DNA of 64,000 nt from the human T2T-CHM13v2.0 reference genome, Homo sapiens. This document shows, piece after piece, positions 16,195 to 32,400 of this stretch (its first letter is position 1; each line of letters opens with the position of its first letter). The position numbers were made by a program, and so were the translations under genes. The stretch is from assembly GCF_009914755.1 (NCBI RefSeq), contig NC_060947.1; one strand, written 5' to 3'. A model generated the notes under the pieces. The model was not told the DNA's origin. It ran no database searches and worked only from the letters and a program-made list of their open reading frames with translations.

Positions 16195-16742
16195 GCGTTC
16201 TTATATTTAAGAAAATAATATATTTTTTCCCTACTGCCACGACCTTTATAAAATGTGCATCCAAAGTTGCCAATATCCAGCAACTGTAAATATCCTTGAA
16301 GCAACATGCTCAGAACTGAAAATGTTGACGTTAAAAAGGACTTAGAGGTTGAGCATAATTTAAGCAGGAGAAAAAGGATAAAACTCTGCTAAACCCATCA
16401 ACAGTTCTGTTAGCCACAGAACTAGGAGGATCCTTCTTGTCAAATTCCAAAACTGCTCTCTTATAAAATACGATGACAAACTCGTTCATTGGCTCATTTT
16501 AAATATAACATACCACCAAAAGAACACAATACGGCCAAGACTCATTAAAATGTGAAGCTATCATTAAAGTAGAATACTGAAAATCTTTTTCTTTTCTTGT
16601 GGAAAAGACAACTGTCCAAAATAGTTTATGCGCAGCACATTTAATAACACAATATGGTATCCTGCTGAGTGCGTGCTTTCACGGTGATTTTAGACACTTT
16701 AAAAATAAACACACCTCATGATGAGGCAAACGGTTTACTTAC

Positions 16743-16838
16743 TTTACATGGAAATCCAAATGTCTGGGGAAATCTATTTTGCCTGCAAGAATTTTCTGAT
16801 AAATGCCAAACGGGTTGTCATCAAAAAACGGAGGAAAC
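16743..16838 (-). CDS. PRKX: PRKX coding exon (probably exon 5), 96 nt
   Basis: tttctaacag|G TTT CCT CCG...CAT GTA AA|gtaagt. Translates FPPFFDDNPFGIYQKILAGKIDFPRHLDFHVK. Confidence 0.97.
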
Positions 16839-17435
16839 CTGTTAGAAAAACAAACATGTATTTTTAGTGGGGAGTAAGCATGGAAAAAAATCCCTGCTTT
16901 GTAACGATAGCTATTTCTGCTTCACACAGGCAGAAGGTAATTTATTTCACATGCTCTTCCCCGCACACTGAAGTTGTCACGATCTGAAAGCACGTGACAG
17001 TCAGATGGTTCTAAGAGGCAAGGCATCGTGTGCCACAGTCCGATGCAGGGGAAGCTCCCTTGGAGAGAATATAAAGACCATTTGAGAGGCGTCTGCTGAG
17101 CAGAAGGCAACTCCTTTGGGCATCTTATTGAGGGGCCACCAGCCCATTCCTTAACTGTGCACTAAACACTGGACAGCAATGCTCTCTCATGTTTACCGGG
17201 GTGAATCCACCACCATGACCAAGCATGGAACTCAAATGTCTCAAGAGTGAAAAGATAAGCACTCCAATTAAAAAATGGACAGGTGGTCTTCACAGACATT
17301 TCTCAAAAGAAGACATGGAAAAGGCCAACATGTATATGAAAAAAAATGCTCAACGTCACTAATCATCAGGGAAATGCAAATCAAAACCTCAATGAGGTGT
17401 CAATCATCTCAACCCAATTAAGACGGCCATTATCA

Positions 17436-18085
<650 letters not shown>

Positions 18086-18810
18086 AAAAAGGGAACTCTT
18101 ACGCAATGTTGGTGGGAACGTAAACTAGTAGAGCCACCATAGAGAAGAGTATGGAGGTTCCTCAGAAAAGCTAGAAATAGAACTCCCATATGACCCAGCC
18201 ATCACATTACTAGGTATCTGTTCAAAGGAAAGGAAGTCATGATACTGGAGAGACATCGGCACGCCCATGTTTACCACAGCACCATTCACAACAGCCAAGA
18301 TAGGGAATCAGCGTAGATGTCCATCAACAGATGAGCAGATAGGTAAAGAAAAGGTGGTATCTACACACAGTAGAATACTATTCAGCCATGAAAAGGAATA
18401 CAATCCTCTGACTGGCAGCAACATGGATGAAACTGGAGGACATTATGTTAGGTGAAATAAGCCAGGAAAAGAACATTAAACAGCACTTGTGCTTACTCAT
18501 ACATGAAAGCTAAAAAAAAGCTGATCTCCTGAAAGGATAAAGAAGAACAGAGGATACTAGACGCTGGGAAGGGAAGAAGTGAGAGATAGGGAGAGGTTTG
18601 TTAAAGGATACAAAATTACAAGCAGATAGGAGGAATATGTTCCAGTGTTCTATAGTCTTGTAGGGTGACTATAATTAGCAATAACATGTCGTATTGTTTC
18701 AAATACATAGAGGATATTGAATGTTCCTAACACAAAGAAATGGTAAATAATTGAAATGGATATGCTAATTACCCTGATCTGATTACTCCATTCTTTGTAT
18801 CAAAGCATCA

Positions 18811-19388
<578 letters not shown>

Positions 19389-19567
19389 TTAAAATAAAGT
19401 TTACAGTGGTGAATACGCCACTATGGCCAAGAACAGGACACCTTTCTCGAGGCTTCCTTCACTCTACAGCACGAGCAATACCTGATTATGTCCAGCCCGG
19501 TACTGAGCCTGCTTGCACGGCACTATAAGGCATCCTCAATAAACTGCAAGTGAATGTCAGTGAACTA

Positions 19568-20185
<618 letters not shown>

Positions 20186-20189
20186 TTTA

Positions 20190-20396
20190 AGGTGCAGGAG
20201 CAGAGTCTGTACTTGTAACTGAGACTGGGTAGTCTGCAAAGCTGACCGAAGCTCTTTGCCCCAAGAAAACCATTTCTTGACCCCTGGAGACCAGGAAAAA
20301 GACAGAAATACATGCAAATACAGCCTTGAAAATGGTGCATGTGTAAAAACAAGATTGTCATACTATGCTTTGTTGACTGTAGTAAAAAGATTACAG
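20190..20396 (+). mobile_element. second copy of the same LTR-like 5' segment
   Basis: aaggtgcaggagc..tgtaactgagactgg..tgcaaagct..catttcttg.cccctgga.accag..aaagacagaaataca. Confidence 0.55.
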
Positions 20397-20525
20397 TCCT
20401 GCTGCAGAAACCAGCAGACTTTACTAATACCTAGAAATGTTCAAAATATGTGAAACAAACTAAAAAAATATATATACTTAAAACTGCAAAGACCAAGATA
20501 AATCCAAGAACATCTAGAAGTCAAC

Positions 20526-21217
<692 letters not shown>

Positions 21218-21499
21218 TCAACCAGTAAGTGTATACTAGACACTTACATGTCCGTGGCACAAGTTGTACTTCTGAGATTTTCTCATATTGATCAGGACAG
21301 ATACTCATATTGGCTCAAAGTCATGTTTTCCATTTAGCTTCTTTTGACTTAAGATATTCTAATTCAGGTATGCTAGCAACGGAAATACCTTATAAAACGG
21401 AGCTTTCAAATGACACCCTCATTGATTATCAGAAATGTCCATGAGCAAAAATAATTCTCCTGTAGATTCCAAATCACTTCCTGACCTTAACAAAATTCA

Positions 21500-22278
21500 G
21501 TGGAGTGGACGGAATGAGAGGTCCCCAAAAAGATACATCCATGATCTTACCCCAACAACCTGTGAATGGGACCTTATTGGGAAACAGGGTTTTCACAGAT
21601 AGAATTAAGGAGCTTCAGATGAGATCATCCTGGAACAGGGTAGGCCCAAATCCAATGACAGGTATCCTCATAAGAGACTCAAGAGGAGGCACACACACAG
21701 AGGAGAAGGCCACATGGGGACAGAGGCAGAGACAGCAGTGATGCGGCCACAAGCCCAGGGATGCCTGGAGCCCCCAGGAGCTGGGAGAGGCAGGGAGTAT
21801 CCTCCCCTAGAGCCTCCAGAGGGAACTGGATACACGTGTAGTGGATTGAACTGTGGCCCTCAGAAAGATCTGTCCACGTCCTAATGCCCAGACCTGGAAT
21901 GAGACCTTATTCAGCAATAGGGTCTTTGCAGATGTGATTAATTGAAGGATCTTGAGATGAGATCGTCCTGGATTAGGATGGCCCTAAATCCAATGACAGG
22001 TGGCCTTCCTTCTAAGAGACTGAAGAGGAGACAGAGACATAGAGGAGAAGGCCACATGAAGGTGGAGGCAGAGACTGCAGTGATGTGGCCACAAGCCCAG
22101 GGATGCTGGAGCCCCCAGGAACTGGGAGAGGCAGAAAGGATCCTTCCCTGGAGTACAGTCCTGAGACACTTTGATCTCAAACTTCTGGTCTCCCGGACTA
22201 AGAGAGGATAAAGTTCTCTTGTTTAAACCTTTCAGTCTGTGGTAGTTTCTAACAGCAGCGTCAGGACATTCATACGTA
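21500..22278 (+). mobile_element. tandemly duplicated MLT1-type MaLR LTR units (about 342 bp period)
   Basis: Same unit as 9358-10130, two copies. Confidence 0.8.
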
Positions 22279-23250
22279 GAACTACACACATGAACTGTCC
22301 AATACACTGCAGTGGAGAAAAATTCAAAGAAAAACAAAGAGGAGAAATATGAAGTACAAAAATGGAAATCAATGGGAGAGGTGACAGAGAAGTGGGGGTG
22401 GGTTACATGAGGAAATGAAAGTTACCAGAGAAAGGTAAATGATTAGGTGCGTGCGACGTGGCCCTAACACAGCATTTCTTCCTTCTTAAATAACATTTCA
22501 GTTGCTTGTTTTGCACTTTAGCATGAAGGTGAGTTTCCCAATAGGGTATCTCTTTGGGCCGCTGGTCCTGGAGTTACGAGCCACCACAACGTACTGAAAA
22601 ACCACCCAGGCCAGGCTGGGAAGCAGAGCTCTGAGTACAGACACTCATGCGATCTGCGCCAACCCTGCCGCCTCAGACGTTAACAACCTCCCGAGCCCGT
22701 CCTCCCTCACCTGCCCGCAGCGTTCTCTGTAACAGTAGTTGGGGGAGTTGTATTCCTGTTTCTCTCTGGGTTTGGGTGGCGACTCAGCTGTGTGAATAAT
22801 GCACAAATACAGGAATGGAGCATTAAACTCCAGGAGGAAATGTGCCATACATACCTAAAAACATTTATGGAGAATATTAAACGAAGTGCTCTTGGACAGT
22901 AGACATTACATAAGATCATGGGAAAGGTATTAATAAGCGGAAAAAGATAAATAATAAGTGAGCACTAACTGATGATCTTGCCTGAAAGAAAAAGCAGAGA
23001 CAGTGTGTGTGTGTGTCTGAGAAACAGCACTCCCCCGGACGCCTGGGCAGTGCCCTCTGAAACCCTCAAATTTCTGTCTCTAAACATACAGACTGCTTCC
23101 AATTCTTACCAAGTGGAGAATAAATTCTCATTATATGGCATTTGGCATTATTAAGCAAGTTAAATTGATCTGTGGTGACAGCTACACTTGCAAGGACAAT
23201 CTGCTAATCAGCATGAATGCAAGCTCCAGATTTTCGCCTGAAAAATTCAT

Positions 23251-23908
23251 GCCCAGGCTAGGCACAGTGGCTCATGCCTGTCATCCCAGCATTTGGGGAG
23301 GCCAACGCGGGAGGACTGCTTGAGCCCAGGAGTTCAAGACCAGCCTGGACAACACAGTGAGACCTCGTCTCTACAAAAAATTTAAAAATTATCTGGACGT
23401 GCTGGTGTGTGCCTGTGTTCCCAGCTACAGCCTCTGCGGTCCCCAGCTACAGCCTCTGTAGTCCCAGGAGGCTGAGGCAGGAGGATCGCTTGAGCCCAGG
23501 AGGTCGAGGCTTCAGTAAGCTATGACTGCACCACTGCATTCCAATCTGGACACAGAACAAGACCCTGTCTCAAAAGAAAAAAAAAAAAAACAAAAAAAAC
23601 GCTCATGCAGTGGCTCACGGCTGTCATCCCAGCACTTTGGGAGGCCGAGGCAGGTGGATCACTTGAGCCTAGGAATTTGAAATCAGCCTGGGTAACATAG
23701 CAAGACCCTATCTCTACAAAAAAATTTTAAAAAATTAGCCAGGTACAGTGACGTGTACCTGTCATCCCAGCTACTCAAGAGGCGGAGGTGGGGGTTTGCT
23801 TGAGCCCAGGAGGTCCAGGCTGCAGTGAGCTGTGACTGCACCACTGCACTCCTGACTGGGCAACAGAGCAAAACTGTCTGCAAAAACAAAAAAAGAAAAA
23901 TGAAAAAA
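23251..23908 (+). mobile_element. two tandem AluJ
   Basis: The first has an internal cccagctacagcctctg duplication. Confidence 0.92.
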
Positions 23909-24287
23909 ATTTACACCAATTGTGCCACTAGCTCTATCATTTGCCAGTAAAATTTGAATGTAACCATTCCGCCTATTTACATCTTCCAGTAAAGTGGATG
24001 GTGCAGGCAGAGATACCCTGGGCGCTGTGAGCTGATGTTCTCCCTCCTACTCAGCTGGAAAAACACCCTCCTAAACTATCAGCTGACACACTACCTGCTC
24101 CAGTTCTGAGGACCGGGGCTGGCCTTGGAAGACAGGTGCTTTGGAAATGCATTCAAGAAAAGGAAGGCAGAGGTTTTTAGAGAAAAGAAGAAAGCCGTCA
24201 CTAGAATTTCACTAGAATTTCATCCCACCTTGACTTCTTCCTCAAAAATCCTTGTCCCGATACCTTCAGATTAAAAACTAAAATTTA

Positions 24288-24605
<318 letters not shown>

Positions 24606-25029
24606 AAATCTGTGCTCCTCAGATGAATCAGGGAGGCTGAGGTGGGAGATGAGAAAGGGGAACTTGAGGGCCAGTTAAAGCGGAAGGAGCAGGCACTGGG
24701 GTGTGTGAGGGTTGGGGCAGAGTAGAGGGTGAAAATATAGCCCCGGGCACGTTGACTTGGGCATCACAGCAGTGGCCCTCAAAGTGGAGTCCCAGGGTGG
24801 CTTCCCGACCTCAGTTTAGGGATGGCTGAGATCGTTTTTCTGACTCCAGTTCAGAATAGTGATGAATTTTCTCCTATGCCTCAACTAAACAACGTGCCAC
24901 GCAGCACAGCAGACAGGCTGCAGACAGAGGGAGGAGAGGCCAGCAGCCCTTGTGAAAGCTGGACACTAAAGAGATTCACAAAACCCAGAAAATACAGCCA
25001 ACCTCCTCACAAATGTTTTCTCTCTTTTT

Positions 25030-25324
25030 AGAGACAGGGTCTCTCTGTCACCCAGGCTGGAGTGTAGTGACGAGACCACAGCTCACCGCAGCCTTGACCT
25101 CCCAGCCTCAGTGATCCTCCCACCTCAGCCTCCCAAAGTACTGGGACCCTGGGCGTGTACCATCATGCTCAGCTAATTGGTTTATTTATTTCATTTTATT
25201 TTTTGTAGAAATGGGGTCTCACTATGTTGCCCAGGCTGGCCTCCAACTCCTGGGCTCAAGTGATCCTCCCACCTCAGCCTCCTGAAGTGCTAGGATTACA
25301 GGCGTGAGCCACCATGTCCAGCCT
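25030..25324 (-). mobile_element. AluJ
   Basis: Dimer. Confidence 0.92.
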
Positions 25325-25796
25325 GAATGGTTTTAATTCTAGAAAGTGTGGTTACACATCTTTTTCATTTAAAAATGCTATTTATGTTCTCCTCTGATTA
25401 TTTAACTTCTCATATATATTATTTATGTATTCTGTTGGTTTATATTTCAGTCTCTACTTTAATTTCAAATGTAGTCAGCGCGGACAGCTGTAACACACAG
25501 AAATGAAAGTTCTGTGGGTTGTTAATAACTTTGAGCTGTGTGTTGAAGGGTTCCCGAGGCCAACATGTTTGAGAACCACTGCGCAATGCCTAATGCTCCC
25601 CGTGGAAGAGGCTCCACTGCAGCCAAATTCCACCTTCTCTAGGATCTTCTGCACCCTGTCTGCTATGCTGTATTGCCTTAGTTGACACCTATGAAGAAAA
25701 TTCATCACTATTCAGATCTGTCATTGGAAAAATGATCTCACTCATCTGCTGAAACACACTTCGGGAACCCCATAGTCCTCTGGGATGCCACTTTGA

Positions 25797-26210
<414 letters not shown>

Positions 26211-26897
26211 TTTACCTGACTCTTGAGTTAAACTCTCTGGGAGAATAAAACCACAGAAATGGATGAGGAAAGAGAATAGGATGGAAGAAATCGGAGCTGA
26301 GCTTGGGTCCTTGGAAAGTGCATGAGTGATTTTGTTCCAGAATGTGCCACACAATTTTCATCTGACCTAAACATGTCTCATTCCATGAAAATAAAATCTG
26401 CATCATGATATGATCTCCTTCCTAATCACATGGCAGATTTTACCAAATAGATGGTTTTCCCTGTGCTTAGTGGAAGATTGAGATAATCACTTAAAGCAAT
26501 AACACAGACAAGGCACAGTCTCACTTGATCCTGCTAAGAGTGGGAATCCAGCAAATGGAGCTGCGATAGGAAAGGTGCAGACACAGGCTGCGAAGGGAGC
26601 AGGAAGACTCTGACTGCAGGCCGGCTCCACTTGTATGTGCAGCAGTGCCCTCCCTCCAGCCACCAGAAGTTTCTGGGTTCAAGGAGGTGAGGAGAGCAGC
26701 TTGGGAGCATTGCTCTCAGAGGCAGTCAACACATACAAAATTTAGATGGTTTCAGAGCTGCTAATCAGTATAAAGAAAACAGATGGGCTGGTCGGACAGG
26801 GCATGGCCCAGGAGAACAGGGGAGGCCCCAGAGGGCTGTGGGAGCAGGTGACAGGTGAGCCTGCAGCATGTGCAGTGGAAGAGAAAGGGCCAGCCCT

Positions 26898-27240
26898 GGC
26901 TGGGTGTGGTGGCTCACGCCTGTAACCCCAGCACTTTGGGAGGCCGAAGCAGGTGGATCACTTGAGGTCAGGAGTTTGAGGCCAGCCTGGCCAATATGGT
27001 GAAACCCCCTCTCTACTAAAAATACAAAAATTAGCTGGGCGTGGTGGCGCACACCTGTAATCCCAGCTACTCAGGAGGCTGAGGAAGGAGAATTGCTTGA
27101 ACCTGGGAAGCAGAGGTTGCAGTGAACCAAGATTTGCGCCACTGCAGTCCAGCCTGGGTGACAGAGCGAGACAAGAAAGCAGAGGTTACAGTGAGCCAAG
27201 ATTGTGCCACTGCACTCCAGCCTGGGTGACAGAGCGAGGC
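26898..27240 (+). mobile_element. AluS with duplicated 3' end
   Basis: gcagaggtt..ccactgc..ccagcctgggtgacagagcgag occurs twice. Confidence 0.93.
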
Positions 27241-27244
27241 GGAA

Positions 27245-27490
27245 CAGAAAGGAAAGGAAGAAGGAAAGGAAATGAAAGGAAAGGAAAGGAAAAAGGGGAA
27301 AGGGGAAAAGGGAAAGGGGAAAGGAAGAGGGAGAGGGGAAAGGAAAAGGAAAGGAAGAAGGGAAGGGAAAGGGAAGGGAGGAAGGAGAGAGAGAGAGAGA
27401 GGGAGGGAGAGAGGAAGGAAGGAGAGAGGGAGGGAGGGAGGAAAGGAAAGGGAAGGAAAGGAAAGGGAAAAAGAAAAGAAGGAGGAAGGA
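27245..27490 (+). repeat. polypurine (GAAAG/GGAA)n low-complexity tract
   Basis: Almost pure A/G, directly after an Alu. Confidence 0.95.
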
Positions 27491-28075
27491 AGCCAGCCTT
27501 TGGGCAGGGGGACAGGTCAGGCTTCCTGGCACGTTTAAAAAGCAGTGGGAAGACAAGGAGGGGCCAGGCTGTTGTCTAAGGGGGGTGGACAACCCACAGG
27601 CAGACCGTCTCAGAACCTCATATGATAACGAGCCTCCGATTCTGCTCCAGTCATCCGGGAAGCAACAAGCGGGCTCCCAGGGAATAGGGACACAGCTGAT
27701 GGGTACGTGGACAGGATGCCTGCAGCTGCTTCCAGGAAAATGTACTGCAGGCAGGAGGGGATGCAGGAGACTGAGAAGGCTTGGGGTGGTCCAGGCGAGC
27801 TCAGGCCGGCCGGAGCTGGGGAAGAGCACAGGAATGCCTGGGAGAGTTGGGGTCGGCGAAGCTGGTAACTCTCAAAACACCCACCCATGTGAAGAGACAC
27901 AGGGCTGCTGAGAAATTGAAAAAACAATATTCACCCAGAAATAGACTCTAATTAGAAAAAAGGAAAATAAAAATAGGCTTACTGTGAATCAATAGCTCCC
28001 TGCCTCATGAAATGCACAGGTCAGCAGACTGGGCTTTGATTGGGAGACGGTTATTCATTTAATTTAATTATTCAT

Positions 28076-28381
28076 TTTCTTTCTTTTTTTTTTTTTTCTT
28101 TTTGAGATGGAGTCTCACCTCTGTTGCCCAGGCTGGAGTGCAGTGGTGCGATCTCGGCTCACCGCAACCTACCCGCCTCCTAGGTTCAAGCGATTCTCGT
28201 GCCTCAGACTCCCGAGTAGCTAGGATTACAGGCACCATGCCTGGCTTTTTTTTGTATGTGTAGTAGAGACGGGGTTTTACCATTTTGGCCAGGCTGGTCT
28301 CGAACTCCTGACCTCAGGTGATCCAACCACCTCGGCCTCCCAAAGTGTTGGGATTACAGGTGTGAGCCATGGTGCCTGGCC
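28076..28381 (-). mobile_element. AluS, TSD taattattcatttt
   Basis: Dimer. Confidence 0.95.
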
Positions 28382-28989
28382 TAATTATTCATTTTCAATT
28401 AGCCTAATGATTTATTACATTACAATTAGGTTATTTTCTATTCTATTGTATTCTAATATATTTAAATATTCCAATGTTATAGCCTATTAACAATTCTGGT
28501 AACTTTATATAATTCGAATACAGTCATTCTAAGAGTGTAATATTCTATTCTTTTTAAATTTATTTTTATGTATTTTTAACTTCAGCGTACCCTGAGACTA
28601 ATATTCTGTTTTAACTATAGTCTAATAGTTCTATGTTGTATTCTAACAATATTATGTCCTAATAGTATATTGTATTCTAATAATAGTCTACTCTATCCTA
28701 GAATCAATAAAATTTGGGGCACACGAACCTCACTCTATTTAAAACCATTAGACTACAGGATACAACGATCCTCAGGCAATGCTGCCCTCGTGTGGTCAGT
28801 GTTATCACCGAAGGAAAATGTGGTGCTTTTCCTTGGGTGGACGCTGATCAATATGCCTAAGTTATTTTTAACCTTTTGGGTTTGCCTAGGACATAATGGG
28901 CTAGGGTGCATATTGAGAAGTTTGGTTCTATATGACTTGTAGGCATGTCTCAGCAAAGAGTAATGGAAAATTCAAAAGACCAACAGGCC

Positions 28990-29420
28990 GGTAGGTAGGT
29001 AGATTATTGATAGCTAGATAGACAGAAAGGTAGAGATAGAGGGATAGGTAGGTAAGTAGATGATTGATAAATACATAGATATATAGAAAAGCAGATAGAT
29101 GAATAGGTAGATAGATGATTGATAGATGGATAGGTAGGGAGGTAAACAGTTACATAGAAAGACAGATGATAAATAGATGGATAGGCAGATAGATAAATAG
29201 GAAGTAGATGGATAGATTGGTACATGAATGACAGATAGATGATAGGTAAATACATAGATAACAGGTAGGTAGGCAGATAAAAAGATCGTAGAGATAAAGA
29301 GATGGAGAGAGATGGATATATAAATATATAAATGACAACTTAGATGACAGATAAGGATAAATGGATAAACAGATACATACATACTTACAAAATAGGTAGA
29401 CCATAGAGATAGACAGGGAT
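28990..29420 (+). repeat. degenerate (TAGA/TGGA)n simple repeat flanking the VNTR
   Basis: gatagatagg/atagatggat-rich tract. Confidence 0.9.
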
Positions 29421-32400
29421 AGGTGTGTGGGTGGGTGGGTGGGTGGATGGATGGATGGATGGAAGGGTGGGTGGATGGATGGATGGATGAAGGGGTGGGT
29501 GGATGGATGAAGCGGTGGGTGGGCAGGTGGGTGGATGGATGAAGGGGTGGGTGGGTGGATGGATGAAGGGGTAGGTGGGTGGATGGATGGATGGATGGAT
29601 GGATGAAGGGGTGGGGGGGTCGGGGGGTGGATGGATGAAGGGTGGGTGGATGGATGATTGAATGAAGGGGTGGGGGTGGATGGATGAAGGGGTGGGGTGG
29701 TAGATGGATGAAGGGGTAGAGGGGTGGATGGATGAAGGGGTGGGGGTGGATGGATGAAGGGGTGGGTGCATGGATGGATGAAGGGGTGGGGGTGGATGGA
29801 TGAAGGGGTGGGTGCATGGATGGATGAAGGGGTGGGGGTGGATGGATGAAGGGGTGGGGTGGTAGATGGATGAAGGGGTGGGAGGGGTGGATGGATGAAG
29901 GGGTGGGGGTGGATGGATGAAGGGGTGGGGTGGTAGATGGATGAAGGGGTGGGGGGGGTGGATGGATGAAGGGGTGGGGGGGTGGATGGATGAAGGGGTG
30001 GGGGTGGATGGATGAAGGGGTGGGGGGGGTGGATGGATGAAGGGGTGGGGGGGTGGATGGATGAAGGGGTGGGGGGGGTGGATGGATGAAGGGGTGGGGG
30101 GGTGGATGGATGAAGGGGTGGGGTGGTAGATGGATGAAGGGGTGGGGGGGGTGGATGGATGAAGGGGTGGGGGTGGATGGATGAAGGGGTGGGGGTGGAT
30201 GGATGAAGGGGTGGGGGGGTGGATGGATGAAGGGGTGGGGGGGTGGATGGATGAAGGGGTGGGGGGGGTGGATGGATGAAGGGGGGGGGTGGATGGATGA
30301 AGGGGTGGGGGGGTGGATGGATGAAGGGGTGGGGTGGTAGATGGATGAAGGGGTGGGGGTGGATGGATGAAGGGGTGGGGGTGGATGGATGAAGGGGTGG
30401 GGGTGGATGGATGAAGGGGTGGGGGGGTGGATGGATGAAGGGGTGGGGGTGGATGGATGAAGGGGTGGGGGGGGTGGATGGATGAAGGGGTGGGGGGGGT
30501 GGATGGATGAAGGGGTGGGGGGGTGGATGGATGAAGGGGTGGGGGTGGATGGATGAAGGGGTGGGGGTGGTAGATGGATGAAGGGGTGGGGGTGGATGGA
30601 TGAAGGGGTGGGGTGGTAGATGGATGAAGGGGTAGAGGGGTGGGGGGGTGGGGGGGTGGGTGCATGGATGGATGAAGGGGTGGGGGTGGATGGATGAAGG
30701 GGTGGGTGCATGGATGGATGAAGGGGTGGGGTGGATGGATGAAGGGGTGGGTGCATGGATGGATGAAGGGGTGGGGTGGATGGATGAAGGGGTGGGGGGG
30801 TGGATGGATGAAGGGGTGGGGGTGGATGGATGAAGGGGTGGGTGCATGGATGGATGAAGGGGTGGGGTGGATGGATGAAGGGGTGGGTGCATGGATGGAT
30901 GAAGGGGTGGGGGTGGATGGATGAAGGGGTGGGGTGGTAGATGGATGAAGGGGTGGGGGGGGTGGATGGATGAAGGGGTGGGGGTGGATGGATGAAGGGG
31001 TGGGGTGGTAGATGGATGAAGGGGTGGGGGGGGTGGATGGATGAAGGGGTGGGGGGGGTGGATGGATGAAGGGGTGGGGGGGGTGGATGGATGAAGGGGT
31101 GGGGGTGGATGGATGAAGGGGTGGGGTGGTAGATGGATGAAGGGGTGGGGGGGGTGGATGGATGAAGGGGTGGGGGTGGATGGATGAAGGGGTGGGTGCA
31201 TGGATGGATGAAGGGGTGGGGGTGGATGGATGAAGGGGTGGGGGGGTGGATGGATGAAGGGGTGGGGGGGGTGGATGGATGAAGGGGTGGGGGTGGATGG
31301 ATGAAGGGGTGGGGGGGTGGATGGATGAAGGGGTGGGGGTGGATGGATGAAGGGGTGGGGGGGTGGATGGATGAAGGGGTGGGGGTGGATGGATGAAGGG
31401 GTGGGGGGTGGATGGATGAAGGGGTGGGGGGGTGGATGGATGAAGGGGTGGGGGTGGATGGATGAAGGGGTGGGGGGGGTGGATGGATGAAGGGGTGGGG
31501 GGGTGGATGGATGAAGGGGTGGGGGTGGATGGATGAAGGGGTGGGGGTGGATGGATGAAGGGGTGGGGGTGGATGGATGAAGGGGTGGGGGTGGTAGATG
31601 GATGAAGGGGTGGGGGGGTGGATGGATGAAGGGGTGGGGGGGTGGATGGATGAAGGGGTGGGGGTGGATGGATGAAGGGGTGGGTGCATGGATGGATGAA
31701 GGGGTGGGGGTGGATGGATGAAGGGGTGGGGTGGTAGATGGATGAAGGGGTGGGGGGGGTGGATGGATGAAGGGGTGGGGGTGGATGGATGAAGGGGTGG
31801 GGTGGTAGATGGATGAAGGGGTGGGGGGGGTGGATGGATGAAGGGGTGGGGGGGTGGATGGATGAAGGGGTGGGGGTGGATGGATGAAGGGGTGGGGGGG
31901 TGGATGGATGAAGGGGTGGGGGGGTGGATGGATGAAGGGGTGGGGGGGGTGGATGGATGAAGGGGGGGGGTGGATGGATGAAGGGGTGGGGGGGTGGATG
32001 GATGAAGGGGTGGGGTGGTAGATGGATGAAGGGGTGGGGGTGGATGGATGAAGGGGTGGGGGTGGATGGATGAAGGGGTGGGGGTGGATGGATGAAGGGG
32101 TGGGGTGGTAGATGGATGAAGGGGTAGAGGGGTGGGGGGGTGGGGGGGTGGGTGCATGGATGGATGAAGGGGTGGGGGTGGATGGATGAAGGGGTGGGTG
32201 CATGGATGGATGAAGGGGTGGGGTGGATGGATGAAGGGGTGGGTGCATGGATGGATGAAGGGGTGGGGTGGATGGATGAAGGGGTGGGGGGGTGGATGGA
32301 TGAAGGGGTGGGGGTGGATGGATGAAGGGGTGGGTGCATGGATGGATGAAGGGGTGGGGTGGATGGATGAAGGGGTGGGTGCATGGATGGATGAAGGGGT

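Noticed and set aside
27071-27829. 252-aa Pro/Ser/Phe-rich ORF and opposite-strand Arg/Gly/Lys/Glu ORFs
   Set aside because: Products of the polypurine tract plus Alu.
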